A stretch of 64,000 bases of DNA from Lama guanicoe (GCA_013239625.1 MU053652.1:7897027-7961026); one strand, 5' to 3'. Counted from the stretch's first letter, positions 11,660-25,349 are shown. Notes: generated by a model not told the origin, from the letters alone. Program-made: numbers and translations.

Positions 11660-12870
11660 TCTCTTGTTCAATCATTCATTCATTCAACAAGTGCTTATTT
11701 AGCACCTATAATGTAATAGGCTCTAAGCTAGTTGCCACATATATACTGGAAAAGAAATTTCCCTTGTCTCTTATAATGATAAGAAGAGTCATAAAAACAA
11801 GAAGGCAAGGATATAAAGGACAGAAGAATAAGAAGAGAAGCAATTTCAATATTGTCTATGGTAAAGGTACACATAGAACACAGACCTAACCCAGAAAAAG
11901 GTACACTGGTGTCAACCAAAAACAAAATTGCAGGAGGCTGCAAATAAGAAGAGTTTATCTGGGGTCTTGAAATTTGGGAGACAAAGATTCAGGTAACTCT
12001 AAAAGAGTATTCCAAGGAAGAGAAAGAATTAGAGGCTAATAAAGACAAAACGCCACAAGGTTGTTAAAAGTTGCCTGGCAAGAATTGTGATTGACTCTGA
12101 TGCGAGTCAGGAAATATTTGTCCTTAGGGAATTAGAAGTTGTTTTACAGTAGGGGGTCTGATAAGTAGATAGACTGCCTTGAGTTATTTTAGGGTAAAGG
12201 TCTGATAAGTATCTTGACTTTCTGGTAGGTATTCTGGATGATTCCATCAGGTCGAAAAGTCAGATTCCATCGGGTTGAGATGTTCATTGTCCCATTTCCT
12301 TAAAGATCCCCCAGCTCCATTTTAGAGAGCTCTCTTAGCAATATTGATTCCATTTTTACTTTCCTTTCACATTGGAAGTAGTGATATCAAACTTAAGACA
12401 TAAGTATGAGTTGGAAGTATCTGGGAAAAGAAGGATGAAGACGGGGTAGATGAAGAATGTCGAGCTTAAGAGTTAGAAGGGAAAGTTCATTAGAAGACCC
12501 AGAGGTGAGTGAGCACATGTTCAAGTTACTGAAGAGTTTCACAGAGGAGGGACCAAGAGATGAGGCAGGTAAGATGTACTTGAGTCAGATCAGGAAAAGC
12601 CCTGAAGAACGTTAGTGATATTGACTTCACTGTAAGGAGAATGGAAGGGGTTTTGAGAAGCTTTTGACAAGATGTGATCTGCATTTCAGAAAGATCCTAT
12701 GACTGCAGAGTTGAACAGGAATCACAGGACGAGAGATCCAGCAGTTGCAGTTACGCAGTGACAAAAGGCAGACACAATCTCGGATTGTGGTGATGGAGAC
12801 TGGTAGGAGTAGCCAGGGACAGACTTAGCAGGAAAAAGAGGCAGAATTGACAGGATTTGCTAACTAATTT
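11660..12870 (-). mobile_element. L2 LINE 3' region interrupted by an LTR
   Basis: ATTCATTCATTCAACAAGTG...AGCACCTA tail; L2-like sequence resumes after 12371 (ATCTGCATTTCAGAAAGATC, GAATTGACAGGATTTG). Confidence 0.65.
11968..12371 (-). mobile_element. ERV1-class solo LTR (family not assigned)
   Basis: Minus strand starts TGTGAAAGGAAAGTAAAAATGGAATC...AAAATGGAGCTGGG and ends ...CCCAAATTTCA; about 400 bp with TG...CA termini. Confidence 0.6.
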
Positions 12871-14089
12871 AAGGGCAGGGCAGGGGACCATATCTCACTG
12901 GTGAGCAAAGCGTGGAGGCAAGAATTTGGCTTGTGAGCAAAATTCTCCACTGCCACCCACTCTTGATTCTCTACTGCCTAGCTAAGTGTCACACAGGATG
13001 TAGTGAGAAATGAATATTTGATGATTGGATGGATGAATATGAATTTACTGACTACATGAATTCATTAATTAAAAAGCAGAGAACTCGAGGGGAGACGTAA
13101 AAACAAAGAATAAACATTGCTAAATTAAAAAGCTCAATTTGAACAATTAAAAATTCCCATCGAGGCTGAGATTTCTGTGAGATCTTGAGAGATCTGAATC
13201 ATAAGCTTGAGGGATTTTAGTAAAACGATAAAGAACTGGCTCAAACAATGAGTTGGTTGATGTGAAGAAAACACACACACATACACTAAGGTGAAACTAA
13301 GAAAGCTAATACCATGCGAGAAATGTACGTTAAGTAACTACATTCTGTTGATGAGCATATAAATACATTGTAGGTATCCTTTTTGAACTATTGTAAAATT
13401 GAACTAGTACAATTTAATGTAAAATTTTAAAACTAATAATATAATCTCAGGTAGTGATCTATACTTTATTCTCCACAGAAAAGAAGGAAAGAATTAGAAA
13501 GAATAACAAAGCAAACTTATTATTCCTAACTACTATTAAGTAACTGAAATAGTAAATATCTAATTGTTTAAAATGTAAAACTAGACCTAAATCTGATTAC
13601 AGATTACACAGCTTGTGTAATTCTTTCCCATACAAGCGCACAAATAGGAACTTAGACAAGAAAAGCACGTTGACCATTTGTTGTATTAACAGCAAAACTT
13701 CTTAACTGACTGCCAGATCTAAAGAAGCAAACAATAAGTCTGAACAAGAATCAGGAAAAAGATTAAAGACTGCCAGTAGCTCCTATAGACAAGAATGAAC
13801 TTAATCCATTATAAAAATATTCTACTGAGGTTCCAGTGACATAGAAAAAAGAAAATCAAATCAAGACAACCAATGAATCTGAGGAGACATCATGTTGTGT
13901 CATCAATAGTTGGTACTATGGATTTCTTTTCATGTGTGGTATGGTCTGCCATCAAATACAATTTCTTAACTAGAACATCAGCTATCAGCAGTGATCGCCC
14001 ACCAGTTGGCAGACAATCCTCTGAGCCCTTTGATCTGCTTACCCCACGGCACTTCTTTCTGACTTGAAGCAGAAAGTGTCCAAGCAGCT

Positions 14090-14700
14090 TCCATCAGGCA
14101 AAGTTCAGTTTTAAACCATCTATTTCTTCCTCACTCTTTTTCTGTTAATAAAACTACCACTATCTTTTCCTCATCCGTCTCCTTAACTGTTACATTCACT
14201 ACCTTGCCGAATCCTGTTATTCTATTCTGACTGTCTTTCTCATTCCTTCTCCTTCATATTCTTAATGCCACATTCCTAATCCGTGTCTTCGTTTTACCTT
14301 TCACAGACTGTAACAACAGCTTTATGACAAGACACAGAAGGCATATTTCATCAATAAAACGTACTTACCAGTAAGTTATTTTTCTTAAATCATAAATCCG
14401 GTCATGCAAATTCCTTGCTCAAAAACCTCTAATATTTTTCCATTGTCTACCAAATAATCTGACCCAAATGTACTTTAGTTTCATTGTTCAACATGTTTTC
14501 ACGTAACTAATGCCTCCGCCCAACAGGATTACTATGTTCATTGTGTGATTGCGCCCCACTCTTTCCAGTCTCCATGTCTTTGTTCACACTGTTCACTCAA
14601 CCTGAAACCCCTTCCCTGACTCACCCTGCTGCCTAGCTTTCTAGAACTGCCCAGCTTTAAAGTTACCTTTTCCACAAAGTTTTCCTTGGTGTCCTTCAGG
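14090..14700 (+). mobile_element. L2 LINE fragment
   Basis: Pyrimidine-rich L2-like motifs (CCTTGCTCAAAAACCTC, TTTGTTCACACTGTTC). Confidence 0.6.
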
Positions 14701-15215
14701 GAACATTCATGACAGATTTCTTAAAAAAATTATCTCACTAATAGTAATGATTCCCAAATGCCAGTCCACAAATATATAATGTTGGTGACAAATTTTTCTC
14801 TTATCCATGATGAAATGGGATGAGAACAATGTAGCGAATTTTTATTAAAGTAAATTTATTTAAAATTGTTCTTTATTCTGATATTATGTTCATCCTAAGT
14901 TTTAGTTTAAAATACCCTGTCTTAAATATGTTTTTTTAAAAAAGTCTTATGTGGTAAAAAATAAAAGCTGGTGACCTTATGTACGTCATTTCAATTTTTA
15001 AGGGAAATTTCATTGGTCTATGAAATCAAAAAATCTGCATACCACATTTTATCTTACATTAGCAAATGGTCTCAAGTTTTTTTTTCCCTTTAAATCTCTT
15101 TTTCTTATGAATTTGAGGCCATTATTACTCCATGAGATTCTTTGCAAAAGGACTTTATAAACTATAAAGTAGACAGATGTCTGTATCTCAAAATCTCTTG
15201 CACTAGACCGTTAAC

Positions 15216-15622
15216 TGTGGTGGACATTGTGATAAGCACCAAGGTCCTCCTTCCAGGAGAACTTTTTACTCCAGCTCCTGGAAGGGCGGTTGGCAGACAG
15301 CTTTCAGCTGGCAGCCCCTGCAAGGATGGTTTCGACTATAGATAACCACCTGACTCAAGGTCATGCCTCTTTGTTGGTGGCTTACATCCAATAACCAATT
15401 GATGCCATCTTGGGAATACTCTGAAGGGTCATTTTAGCTCTAGAGCTTTTCCTGGGATGAGCCAAAACTGTTGTTAGTTCTGCATCACAATTCAACTTCT
15501 CCTTCTGCCTACTCTTGTTTCCTTCCCCTCTTTGCAAAAGGTGTAGCTTCCATGGACATTCCTACAACCAAAACACTAAACTTCATCTCAAAGTTGTCTT
15601 CCTACGGAGCCCAACCTGCTTC
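15216..15622 (+). mobile_element. LTR16C-like ERVL solo LTR
   Basis: TGTGGTGG start, TTGGCAGACAGC...CAAGGTCATGCC...CAACTTCTCCTTCTGCC...CATCTCAAAGT...CCCAACCTG end. Confidence 0.75.
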
Positions 15623-15999
15623 ATTAATTCTTTGAAATCTAAAACTGTGTTCTTAATCTCTTTATCCTCGCAAGAGCCTTACACTGTATCTCGAAGATAA
15701 CAAATGCTTGAAGCAGTAAAAGAAGTTAATTAGGATAGACCCTCTTGATTGAAGCCATAATGCTCCATAGGTAAAAATGACTAAACAGAAATAGGTAATA
15801 AACTCATCATAGGAGTTTCTTTCACTCTGACTATGTCACAGAAATTCTGCTTCAGTATTGGTAGATTCTTATGTTGGATTTGTAAGCTGACATTAAAAAT
15901 AAAATCTAAAATATCAAAATTATGTGATGTCCACTTAGAAAGATGCATGGGTCTCTAAAAATGTAAACAGATGTTAGCACACAAAAAGGAAATTATTAG

Positions 16000-16300
16000 G
16001 ATGAGCAGATTCACACACACCTTATGCAGGACAGAAACCGGGGCATCCTGGGATCACAGGAAAAGAAACCAATGGGTCATTTCTTCAGCGAGGCACTATC
16101 TGAATGAATCAGTTCCTGAAACTGAAATTTCAAGGAGGGAATTATTTGATTGGCCTGGCTTGGGTCACGTGGCCACCCGTTCAAAGATGGCAGGACACCT
16201 GGACAGACCATCCTATCAAGACTACATACAACAGAAAAAGATGTAGCTCCTCAAATGACAACTGAACTGCTATTTCTAAAATAAGGGTGATGAAGATGTA
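16000..16300 (-). mobile_element. Old MLT1 (MaLR) LTR fragment
   Basis: TGATTGGCCTGGCTTGGGTCACGTGGCCACCC motif typical of MLT1J/K/L. Confidence 0.5.
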
Positions 16301-16807
16301 TAGTGCACACTGATGAATCTGCCTGCCTTACACAAGTCTGTCAGATAACATAAGCAAAAAATATCCTGAGAAACCAAGACTCTCAGGATGAATCAAGGAA
16401 ATACTGTAGCAGTCATTTCCGAATAAGTATAGCCAAAATGCCTTATAATTTCACATATGCAGGGATGCCTAATAAGTGAAAATATGTAAATAAGGTAGGC
16501 TTTATATTGAACAAACCAGAAAATAGAAAATGTAGATACCTAAATTATATCAGTCAAATCTATAAAAATAAAGTGAGGACAGAATGCTTGAATTATTGAG
16601 ATAATTGCTCAAATTTTTTTCTTTTTGATAATGGATATTTGATCATAAATATGTCATTTTTATTATAGTGATATAATACTTACATCACTGATGATTCTGG
16701 ATGGGTGAAGTGGCTAGTAGGAGATTACTTATTTTTTTATTCCTCTAAAGTTAACCTTAATTGTGCATACATTGTTCTTTTTAAATTGAATTTATGTATC
16801 TTTGTAG

Positions 16808-16998
16808 TGGAGTTGCCAGATAAAATACATAATGACCAGTTAAATTTGAATTTCAGATAAATAATTTTGTAGTATAAGCAGTTTCAAATATTGCATGAGA
16901 CAGTTTGACTAAAATTACTCATTATTTATCTGAAATTCAAATTTACCTAGGTGTCCTGTTTTGTTTTGTTTTGTTTTGCTCTAAATGTGGCAACCTTA
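16808..16998. mobile_element. MER53 palindromic hAT MITE
   Basis: TIRs GGAGTTGCCAGAT / ATGTGGCAACCT and internal 25-bp perfect inverted arms. Confidence 0.85.
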
Positions 16999-17058
16999 CT
17001 TTTCGGCGTACACCTGATGTTTTTTTCCTGTCCGGAAACTCATTTTCCCTACCACTGG

Positions 17059-17392
17059 TGTCTTAGTCAGTTTGGGTGGCTATAACAAAGTGCCATACAC
17101 TGAGTGCTTATAGGCAACAGAAATTTATTTCTCACAGTTCTGAAGACTGAATTCCAAGATGAGGGGACCAGCATGGTTGGGTTACAGTGAGGGCCCTTTT
17201 CACATGGCAGAAAAAGGGCAAGAGAACTCTCTGGGGTTCCTTTTATAAGGGTACTAATCCATTCATGAAGGTTTTGCCCTCATGACCGAATTACCTCCCA
17301 AAGGCCCCACCTCCTAATACCGTCACATTGTGAGGGGTTAGGACTTTAACATGAATCTGGAGGTGGAAGACGCAAACATTCAGTCCATTACA
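17059..17392 (-). mobile_element. MLT1A0-like MaLR solo LTR
   Basis: TGTCTTAGTC...AGAAATTTATTTCTCACAGTTCTG...ACCTCCCAAAGGCCCCACCTCCTAATAC...AACATTCAGTCCATTACA; flanks ACTGG/GCTGG. Confidence 0.85.
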
Positions 17393-17835
17393 GCTGGCAG
17401 TATATGCCTCTTTTATTTTAGAAACTATCTACCCTCCTATTAGTATATGTGGTGTAGGCAGCACAGGTCCATCTCCTCCAGGTGCATGATGTAAATTTAC
17501 TACTCAGAACACCGCAAAACTCCATGCCACAGTGATAGTTAAGTAAGATGATGATACTGGTCAGGGCAATGAGAACCAGACCTAAGACTTCTGCTCTAGT
17601 TGTGGGAAAAGAGGAGTTTGCTTATGTGTTTTTCCCTGAAATTATTGCTTAGCTGGTAGGCAATAAGTCCTGGAGCTGCAGGGAGCCAGCGCGTGGGGAG
17701 AGCCTGCCTGCGAATCGTGGCTGAATAAAGCTGGAAGGTGGAGAATTAAGGGCTGAGAACCACTGACATCAATGAATGCTAGATCCAACTAAGCCTTCAA
17801 AGGTTTATCTTGAATTTTTCAGTTAATAGATCCAA

Positions 17836-17947
17836 CTCTTCTTCACTCCTGCTCGTTCTTCTTCCTCCTCTTCCTCATTCTGTCTCCTCCCCCTGTCCTC
17901 CTCTTCCTCCTTCTCCCCCTTCCCTCCTTCTTCTTCATCTTCTTTTT
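17836..17947. repeat. Polypyrimidine (CTT/CCT) low-complexity tract
   Basis: About 110 nt almost entirely C/T on the + strand. Confidence 0.85.
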
Positions 17948-20669
17948 ATACCTAAGCTAGTTGCACTTAGATTCTGCCATCTGCAGTCAAAAGCCCCTTT
18001 TACCAAAGATATTCTGAGGCAACAAAAGGCATACACAATAAAGTTATTTAACAGAAAATCAGAAACAAATGTAGGAGGGCGAAACAAGCCAATCCCAAGT
18101 TAACACACTTCGGTGTTTTCCAGTGTGTGGTATATTTTCTACCGATAGTATGTAAGATGATTTTAAGCATTATACAAATAATTTTCTATTTTAACTGTTT
18201 AATATTTATTTTAAAGTGAATTAAAAATATAGCATATCAAACCCGTGTTCTTTTAAAATACATTTGTTAAAGTAAAACAAAAAAGGATTTGATTAGAATT
18301 AGAACAGGTTTTTCTGGAGGTATGAGGTTATGGCAAACATCCTAAAAATATCATGCAAATATCTGAAACTTTGAAAGCTTGACATAGTTGATATGATAGC
18401 ATTAAACTTTGCTCTGAGTATCCAAGCATCCTGAGGTGAAGCAGGACAGGACTGGGGGGCGGGGTGGTGTGTAGAAAGAAATACATTATTTTATAGCTGT
18501 CATCAGAAAAGAGAAATTGTGCCAGTGCTCCTGGAAGGGTTGTTCTCTACAACTAAACTCCAAAAGAAAGTTCTCATTTAACACTCTTACAGAGAGACTA
18601 TTAATTTATATTACTTAAGAAAAATAACCTGAACAATAGCTTTATAATCAATATAAAAGTGAATGTATAATACTTTTTCCTACAATCTTCTATTAGAGTC
18701 AAGAGTTTTTACACTATAACTTAGTGCATTTGATTCTATAAGAGGCTTAAGTTAATGTAGCACAACCATGCAGTCTCCCAGGGATCTAATTTAATGCAAA
18801 AATAAAAGTTAGGTTACCTAGGGGTTTCAGTGGATAGCACTTCAATTGAACACTTTTCAAAATCCCACATTTCTCACTGCATTTTGAGAGTAGCTGAATG
18901 GCAAAAAAATTATGGATTATGCTGTCTGAGGAGGTTTTGAAGGACTGGTGTTCTGTATTTCTAATTGAGGACGGACTCCTATGCTTTGAAAATCAAGAGA
19001 ACAAAAGGCAACAATTATTAATGACAGAAAGAAAAGGCATTTTGTAATTCAAAGAGTTCTGTGCCAACTATAATTAGGAACCTTCTCATAATAGGTAAGC
19101 TACCAACACAATGTCCCTCAGAACAGAATATAAGTTGTTAGAAATCCAAATTTAGTAAGCCTTTTCAAGTAGGAACTATAGGAATAGAAGTTAGAGAGTG
19201 GGAAACTTATCTATTTGTTGAAGAAAGAATACGTATTGTAATGGAACAGTAGCAACAGGCAAACGAGAGAAACATCAGAAGTTAGCCTTGGAAAGTATAT
19301 CTTTGGAAGGAAATGAAAATAGCTTTAGGAAGAGAAAAATGATAAAAAAAAATGAAACCTGACCTAACAGAAGAGAGTGGTAGAACATATCCGGAGACTA
19401 AAGCTCCTTGGGACAATGTTTTGCTATCCTAAGGAAGCAGGAAGAGTATATTGTTCTCTATTTTTAGGTGTGAAATGGTTTTAATCATAGCCTTGGTTTA
19501 AATAAATATGAAGACCAAGATAAAGACCTGAATTGTTTTTGTAGTGAATTAGTTTAAGAAATGCTGACTCCAGAAAGATGGACTACAAAGCAGTTGTTCT
19601 TGAAGACTTAGTTTCTGATAAACATTTAAAAATTATTTTCTCTTACTTTCATAAATATTTGCCATCCCACGGATTAATTTTGAAAAGAAAAACTATTTCA
19701 TTAGTATACATTACTTCGAAAAATTTATGAAAACTAAGAAGGGAATCAAGGACAAACTATCAGAGTAAGATACCATTAGTTCCTTTCTTACTGTATACCC
19801 CGTAGAATTAACAGATCCCCAGTGTTGTCATATAATGATCACATTCTAAACCCTTGACTTGCAGAAATCCCTAACATACTGTATTCTCAACAATTGTATA
19901 CTGTCAATTTCTCTCTTTACCTACACTGACATGGCCCCTCTTCCCTACACCTCCCCAATTTGCTTAGAAAACAAGAAGGTTGTTCTATACAGGAAACATC
20001 ACCACTTAGCAATCATCTTTCTTCACCCTCACCGTGACAATTCATTTTCTTTATCATTTGTAGCTTTGTTAATTCAAAAGAAATAAAATGCAAGAAACTT
20101 CCAGGAAAAAAAAAGTACATTGACGTTTTCTTGAGAAATTGACAAGGTTTTTTTATTAATATATATTTTGAATGGTGAATAAAATGTTTCAAAATGATTA
20201 GTTTCTAAGCCTTTAATATTGCATTTTTGCAGTAGACATATATGCAGATTATTAAAATATAATATAAAATTCCTGGGTAATCCAGTACTTCAATTGAAAG
20301 TATTTCTATCATTAAGAGTCATTGCCACCTTCAAAATAAATTTTTGTTTTCTTTGCTTATGAGGTTGTTACGTATCAGGAATGTCAAAGAAAAGTGAGAT
20401 TATAGAGGAGGCTAGTACCTGGCAAAAGATCTTCCAATGAAAATAGGAAGGAACTTACCTGGCTGCAGAGGGTGGCTTCAGCATTTACATCCGGATAGGT
20501 GAGAACAGAAGTCTCAGCCTTGATACAAAAATTTTGCACTGGGAAGGCCAAGATTATTTAGAAGAAAAGGAGATGGAAAACTACAAGGAGTCTGAAGTAG
20601 TTACTTAGAACTCTGTGAGCAGTCCTCCGTTTGTTTCTCCCTCCTTTCCTCCCCCCCCCCTTTTATGTT

Positions 20670-21600
20670 TCTTCAATCCTTAGCCAACCAATATTTTTTT
20701 GAGAATCTGTGCTAGGCAGTGGGGGATCATGTGTCTGGAAAATACACATATATGCAGCCATAGGCACATAAAAATACAGGATTCATCTCTTTAGAGTCAA
20801 ATAAGGAAAGAAAGAAGTACAAAGAAGTTTACTTCATTTTCAGCTGTAGTGGAATTGCATGCAAGTTTCGATGTCAGCACAGAGAAAGGGGTACCTTACC
20901 TGGGAAGTTCAGAAAATGCTTCACAAAAGTGGTAAATACTTGACCTGATTGTTGAAGGAAAGCTTGCTACACAGACAAACTTAGAGAAACAGGAGAGAGG
21001 ACATTCCAAGCAGAGGGAATAAGGTATGAGAAATGTGGCCTGTTGAGGCAACTCCAAGCACTGATGGAGTGCAGAGTGTGAGGGGCTGGGCGCAGGGGAC
21101 AGAGTTACCAGAGCATGAGGCTGAGTAGGTTGGGAAGGACAGATACTGATGCACCTTACATATCTGAGTAAGGAACTTAAATCTTACCCTGTTAAGTAAG
21201 AAGGAATCTCTGAAGATTTTTTTTTTAGGAAAGCAATTATTAGCTTCTCAACTGTTGCTGGCAAAAATGTGCAGGTTGAACTAGGGGCAGGACAGTGAGA
21301 CTTAAAACCAAGAGACTAGGAAGGCAATGATGGTCTTTTAGAGGGCATGCACAGGAGAGATGAAAAAAAGGTGACGCATAGACAGTGAACAGGAGGTAAA
21401 ATTGACAGGATTAGAGGTCAGGGACATTGTGAGGGGTAGGAAAACAGGATGGTTCTGAGGTTTCTGATTGGAAAAGAGTACATGGCAGAGTTATTCACTG
21501 AGACAAGAAAACATGCGAGGGAGAAAGATTTGTGCGTGATGGCTCTGAGAAGCTTATCAGTTGGAGTTAGAGATCTACAGTAAATTCAATGGTGTTTGGA
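20670..21600 (-). mobile_element. L2 LINE fragment
   Basis: TGTGCTAGGCAGTGGGG...CATTCCAAGCAGAGGGAA...GGAGGTAAAATTGACAGGA...TTATTCACTGAGA. Confidence 0.7.
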
Positions 21601-21987
21601 GAGCCTCAGAAAGGTAATATTAGGATCTGTATGAACCTGCATTAAAACAGGAAATTATGACAGGGTGACAGCTTCTCCTTATGTGTGTCAGAGCATTATA
21701 ATGTGCATGCACACAGATACCATCATTACATAGGAGCTGAGTCATCATACCAGGTCAGTTCTGATGCCTATTAGAGCTTCCCTCTTTCATTGATTCAGAG
21801 TCCCCGTCTAATTGAACGTAACGTAAACAAACAAGAGCCTCAGTATGAAGAGCATCCAGGTGGAAAAGAAGTAAAAATATTCCACTGTCTTTATTTTCCT
21901 ATCTCAAAGGAGGAAAAATGGAAATGTGAGAAAGAAAATGTGTAACTTAATTTTTAAACCACTTGTTCAGATTATTTTAAAATGTTA

Positions 21988-22530
21988 TCTTAGCCAAGGA
22001 TCTTTGAGTTGCAGGTAACAGAAACACCCTGGAATAAACCAAAAAAAAAAAGGAATGTATATCAGACAATGGAGAATCTGGGAGGAAGAACTGATACTGG
22101 GCCTCAAGCTAGGAGCTGGAAAGCCGGCAGGGACACAGGCTCCTCTTCCTTCCATCTTCTTCTCTGTGGGGTCACGTGATCTCCCACTTTTGCTTCTTTC
22201 TGTAAGTCCGCTTCGTTCCGATTTCTCTCGCAAATCGCTTTCTCTTCTTTCATGAACACAGCAGAAATGGCAGCTCCACATTCCTTGCATTTATGTGTCC
22301 TTAGTTTGTGCAATGAGCATAAACTAATATCTAGAACATATGATCCTCAGATCTCAGGAAATTTACTGGCCCTGCTGAGGTTAGATCTTCAGCCCTGGTC
22401 CAATCTTCCTTCTATGGCCAGAAGGGCCTTAGACCTTAGATGTGACCTTCTAAAGGCAAGGTCACAAAATATAAATATGGCAACCACTACTCACGAACAT
22501 CAGTTTTTGAAAAAGAATCGGTATCTATTA
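21988..22530 (-). mobile_element. MLT1J/K-like MaLR LTR
   Basis: TTAGCCAAGGATCTTTGAGTTGCAGGTAACAGAAAC...AAAAAGGAATGTAT start typical of old MLT1. Confidence 0.65.
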
Positions 22531-22769
22531 TAGGAAAATCTAGAAGTGTAAAGATAATATGTGGAATCTGGTTGTCAGTAAGTAATTTGAAAGCTAGCAA
22601 TGAGCAGAAACTCTGAATGGAAAAAACACAGCCAAGAGGAAATGAATTTGAAAATATACGTATGCTGCTCTCTCCAAACGAGATACCAGGACTGGGAATT
22701 TAGAAGGCTAAATGAACCTTCTAAGGCTATTTTAGCAAATAATATTGTACTTGTCCTTAAGAATGTGCT

Positions 22770-23245
22770 ATCAAACCAACTTCTCACCCTTCCTCTGCTC
22801 TGTTCTGTATTGTAGGCTGGTGACCCTTACAAGATACAATTCCCAGCTTCCAAGTCAGCTTATTTCCAGCTGGGTTCACCCAATGAGAGGCACTTTCAGG
22901 ACTAGGGGACTGGAGGACTGGAGAATGAAAAGTCAGGAAATTTCTGCCTTCTCTTTCCCCAGCATGCCTCTCTGTTGGTAGATTTGTTCCTCCATGGTCC
23001 CAGCTTCTGCTGAAGAGGCCAGCTGTGGTTCCAGCTACTGCTAGTTGACACTGGTTCCAACTTCTCCCTTTGTCCTTCTAGCCTCAAAGTTGCATTTACT
23101 TCCTATTGTTGCTAATCTCTGTTTCTAGTATCCCCTATTTGGTTTTTCAGCATTCCTATTGCCTGTGAAAACAACTTCCTGGATTAAATTAATTCTGTCT
23201 TAAGTATTTCACTTAATTTATGATTTCCTGGTTGGAATCAGTCAG
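22770..23245 (+). mobile_element. LTR33-like ERVL LTR
   Basis: CTCTGCTCTGTTCTGTATTG...TTCCAGCTGGGTTCACCCAATGAGAGGCAC...TTTCCTGGTTGGA. Confidence 0.7.
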
Positions 23246-23689
23246 AGCGGAAGGCAAGAATCTAAATCTAAACTAAATATGAGTCTCCAGATACTTCAGT
23301 GACGAAGAGATAATTGTTTTTCACATCCCTGGTAGCAAGTAAAACCAAGATTAGGTGCTGACCAACAAAGAAAAACAAGTGTTGGACTTTGATGAAAGAA
23401 TAATTTGTATCCAAGTACTATTGACCTTAAACATCTATCAGTATTGCCTTCTTTACCCTGCTTAGGGCTAGTTATTGAGGCTCTTCACTTATGCCTTAGG
23501 GTTGTCACTAATCTACTCAAAGCTTTTGTAGGAACTAGCAAAAGATGTCTTCTCTAGGTGTCAGGGCCCACGACTTGGTTAACAGACTGTGAGCCAGATT
23601 TCAGCTCACACCAAGTCTAGAAATGATCACTGGGCTTGCTGTGAGTGCAAAGGAAAATCACAGACTTAGAAACCTTCCACTTAAAGGAA

Positions 23690-24128
23690 CTACACTATTG
23701 GTAGTTCCCCTTGACCAGTCCATGCCCCCAGCTCTCAGCTGCTGGCAGTGTTGCCTGCCAATGGCTCATAGTTCCTACCTTCTCCACAGATTTGGCATTG
23801 CCTTTGGCTAATGGGAGTCGCCACCCAAATCACTTCCTCCTCCCAAAGCCGATGGCTGACTGTGTAATAAGTGACACACGAAAGGCTGATCCTCTTGCCC
23901 CAAAGTGACATTTCTGTCAAGTGACGTATGCTCTCGAGCTTCATCCTCTTGGGTCAGGCTAAGGCTAGACTTCATCTGAGATGGTATTTGTCTGGTTACC
24001 TCCCCTTCCCTATAGCAGCTTCCTCCATTGCCACATACATGTCTCCTGAAGAACAGTCCCTCAGTAAATCATGTGTGCCTGAACCCCTGTCTCAGGCTCT
24101 GCTTCTAAGGAAACTGCTCCAATACAAG
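23690..24128 (+). mobile_element. LTR16-family ERVL LTR
   Basis: CAGCTGCTGGCAGTGTTG...AATGGCTCATAG...CCCTGTCTCAGGCTCTGCTTCTAAGGAAAC end. Confidence 0.7.
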
Positions 24129-24489
24129 CACTAATAATGATTTTTTAAAAAAATCTCTAGAGAAGGACAAATTCATTCTGGAGAAAGGCAGTAATAATTT
24201 AAATAGCATGATACAACTGGTACTCTAGTAGTAAGATTTAGGGATTTGATCTCAAAATAATATGCAAATTTGTAATTATTGATGAGATGATTACAATATT
24301 CTTTTGGTATTGGAAACTTTAGAACTGAGAAAACAGAGAAGGGAAGTTAAGTTTTAAAATTGGTTCTACGCTCTGTGGGGTTTTCAGGTGACAGATTTTT
24401 ATAAAGTACATATAAATATGGCTGATTTAAAAAAAGATTCTTCAAAATCTTTTTGTGGAAGGTTCTTCAACTTTAGTTCTAATTAGTAG

Positions 24490-24720
24490 TAACAGCTACC
24501 ATTTCCTGAACAACCATAAGTGCCAGGCTTTGTAGCACGTGCTGTTACATACATTAATTCAGTTTTACTCTCTACAACAATCCCATGAGATTGGTATTAT
24601 CTCCATTTTACAGATGAGAAAACTGAGGTACAGTGAAGTTAATTTGATCACTGCAGAGCTGGACTTCAACCTAGGTCTGTCTGACTATAATGACTGCATT
24701 ATTTTCATTATATGATGCTG
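24490..24720 (-). mobile_element. MIR SINE
   Basis: Clear core TATTATCTCCATTTTACAGATGAGAAAACTGAGG. Confidence 0.85.
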
Positions 24721-25349
24721 CCTGTCAATGACAACTTTAGACACATTTAATCAACAGCTGATGCTGTGTAACAAGCCAGATATACTCACATATCCTCTTA
24801 TACTTTTTGCCTTTTCCATTTTTAGGCACTGGTGAATGAGGTGTTTGAACTTATACTTGGTAAGGTCCCTTGACTCCCAAAGATTAAGAAACTTATTCTA
24901 ACATGACCACTGACTCTAGCTAAAATTATTTGAGTGTTCAAAGTTTTTCCTCAACTACTTTTTAAAAACTAATAATATTAACTTCCATTCTTTGGAAATT
25001 GTGAGGCATGACTGATTTAACAATTATCAAGTATTATACAATCTAGTTTTGAATAGAAATAATACATATTAGAACAATAATTCCATGAAGTCATAGTCAC
25101 CAATTACCCATTCCCTTCTACTGAGGTACATAGAAGTAGGATTTTTATGTTTAGGGGATTGTAGTTCTTACCACTCCCTCTTCCAATAAAGGCAAGCTTA
25201 TCACAAGGCTTATATATTCACGTCATACCACCAAAAGGGTATTTATAATAATGAAAAAAATATTATTTATATTCTCTTATGCACTGCCTTTTTACCCATT
25301 ACTTTTTGAAAAGCTGGATGTCTTTTAAGTCCCAAACACATGGGATTGG

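Larger units (their letters stand above)
17010..18005 (+). mobile_element. MLT1J/K-like MaLR LTR hosting a younger LTR and a pyrimidine tract
   Basis: CCTGGAGCTGCAGGGAGCCA...GGGGAGAGCCTGCCTG...TAAGCTAGTT...TTCTGCCATCTGCA. Confidence 0.6.
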
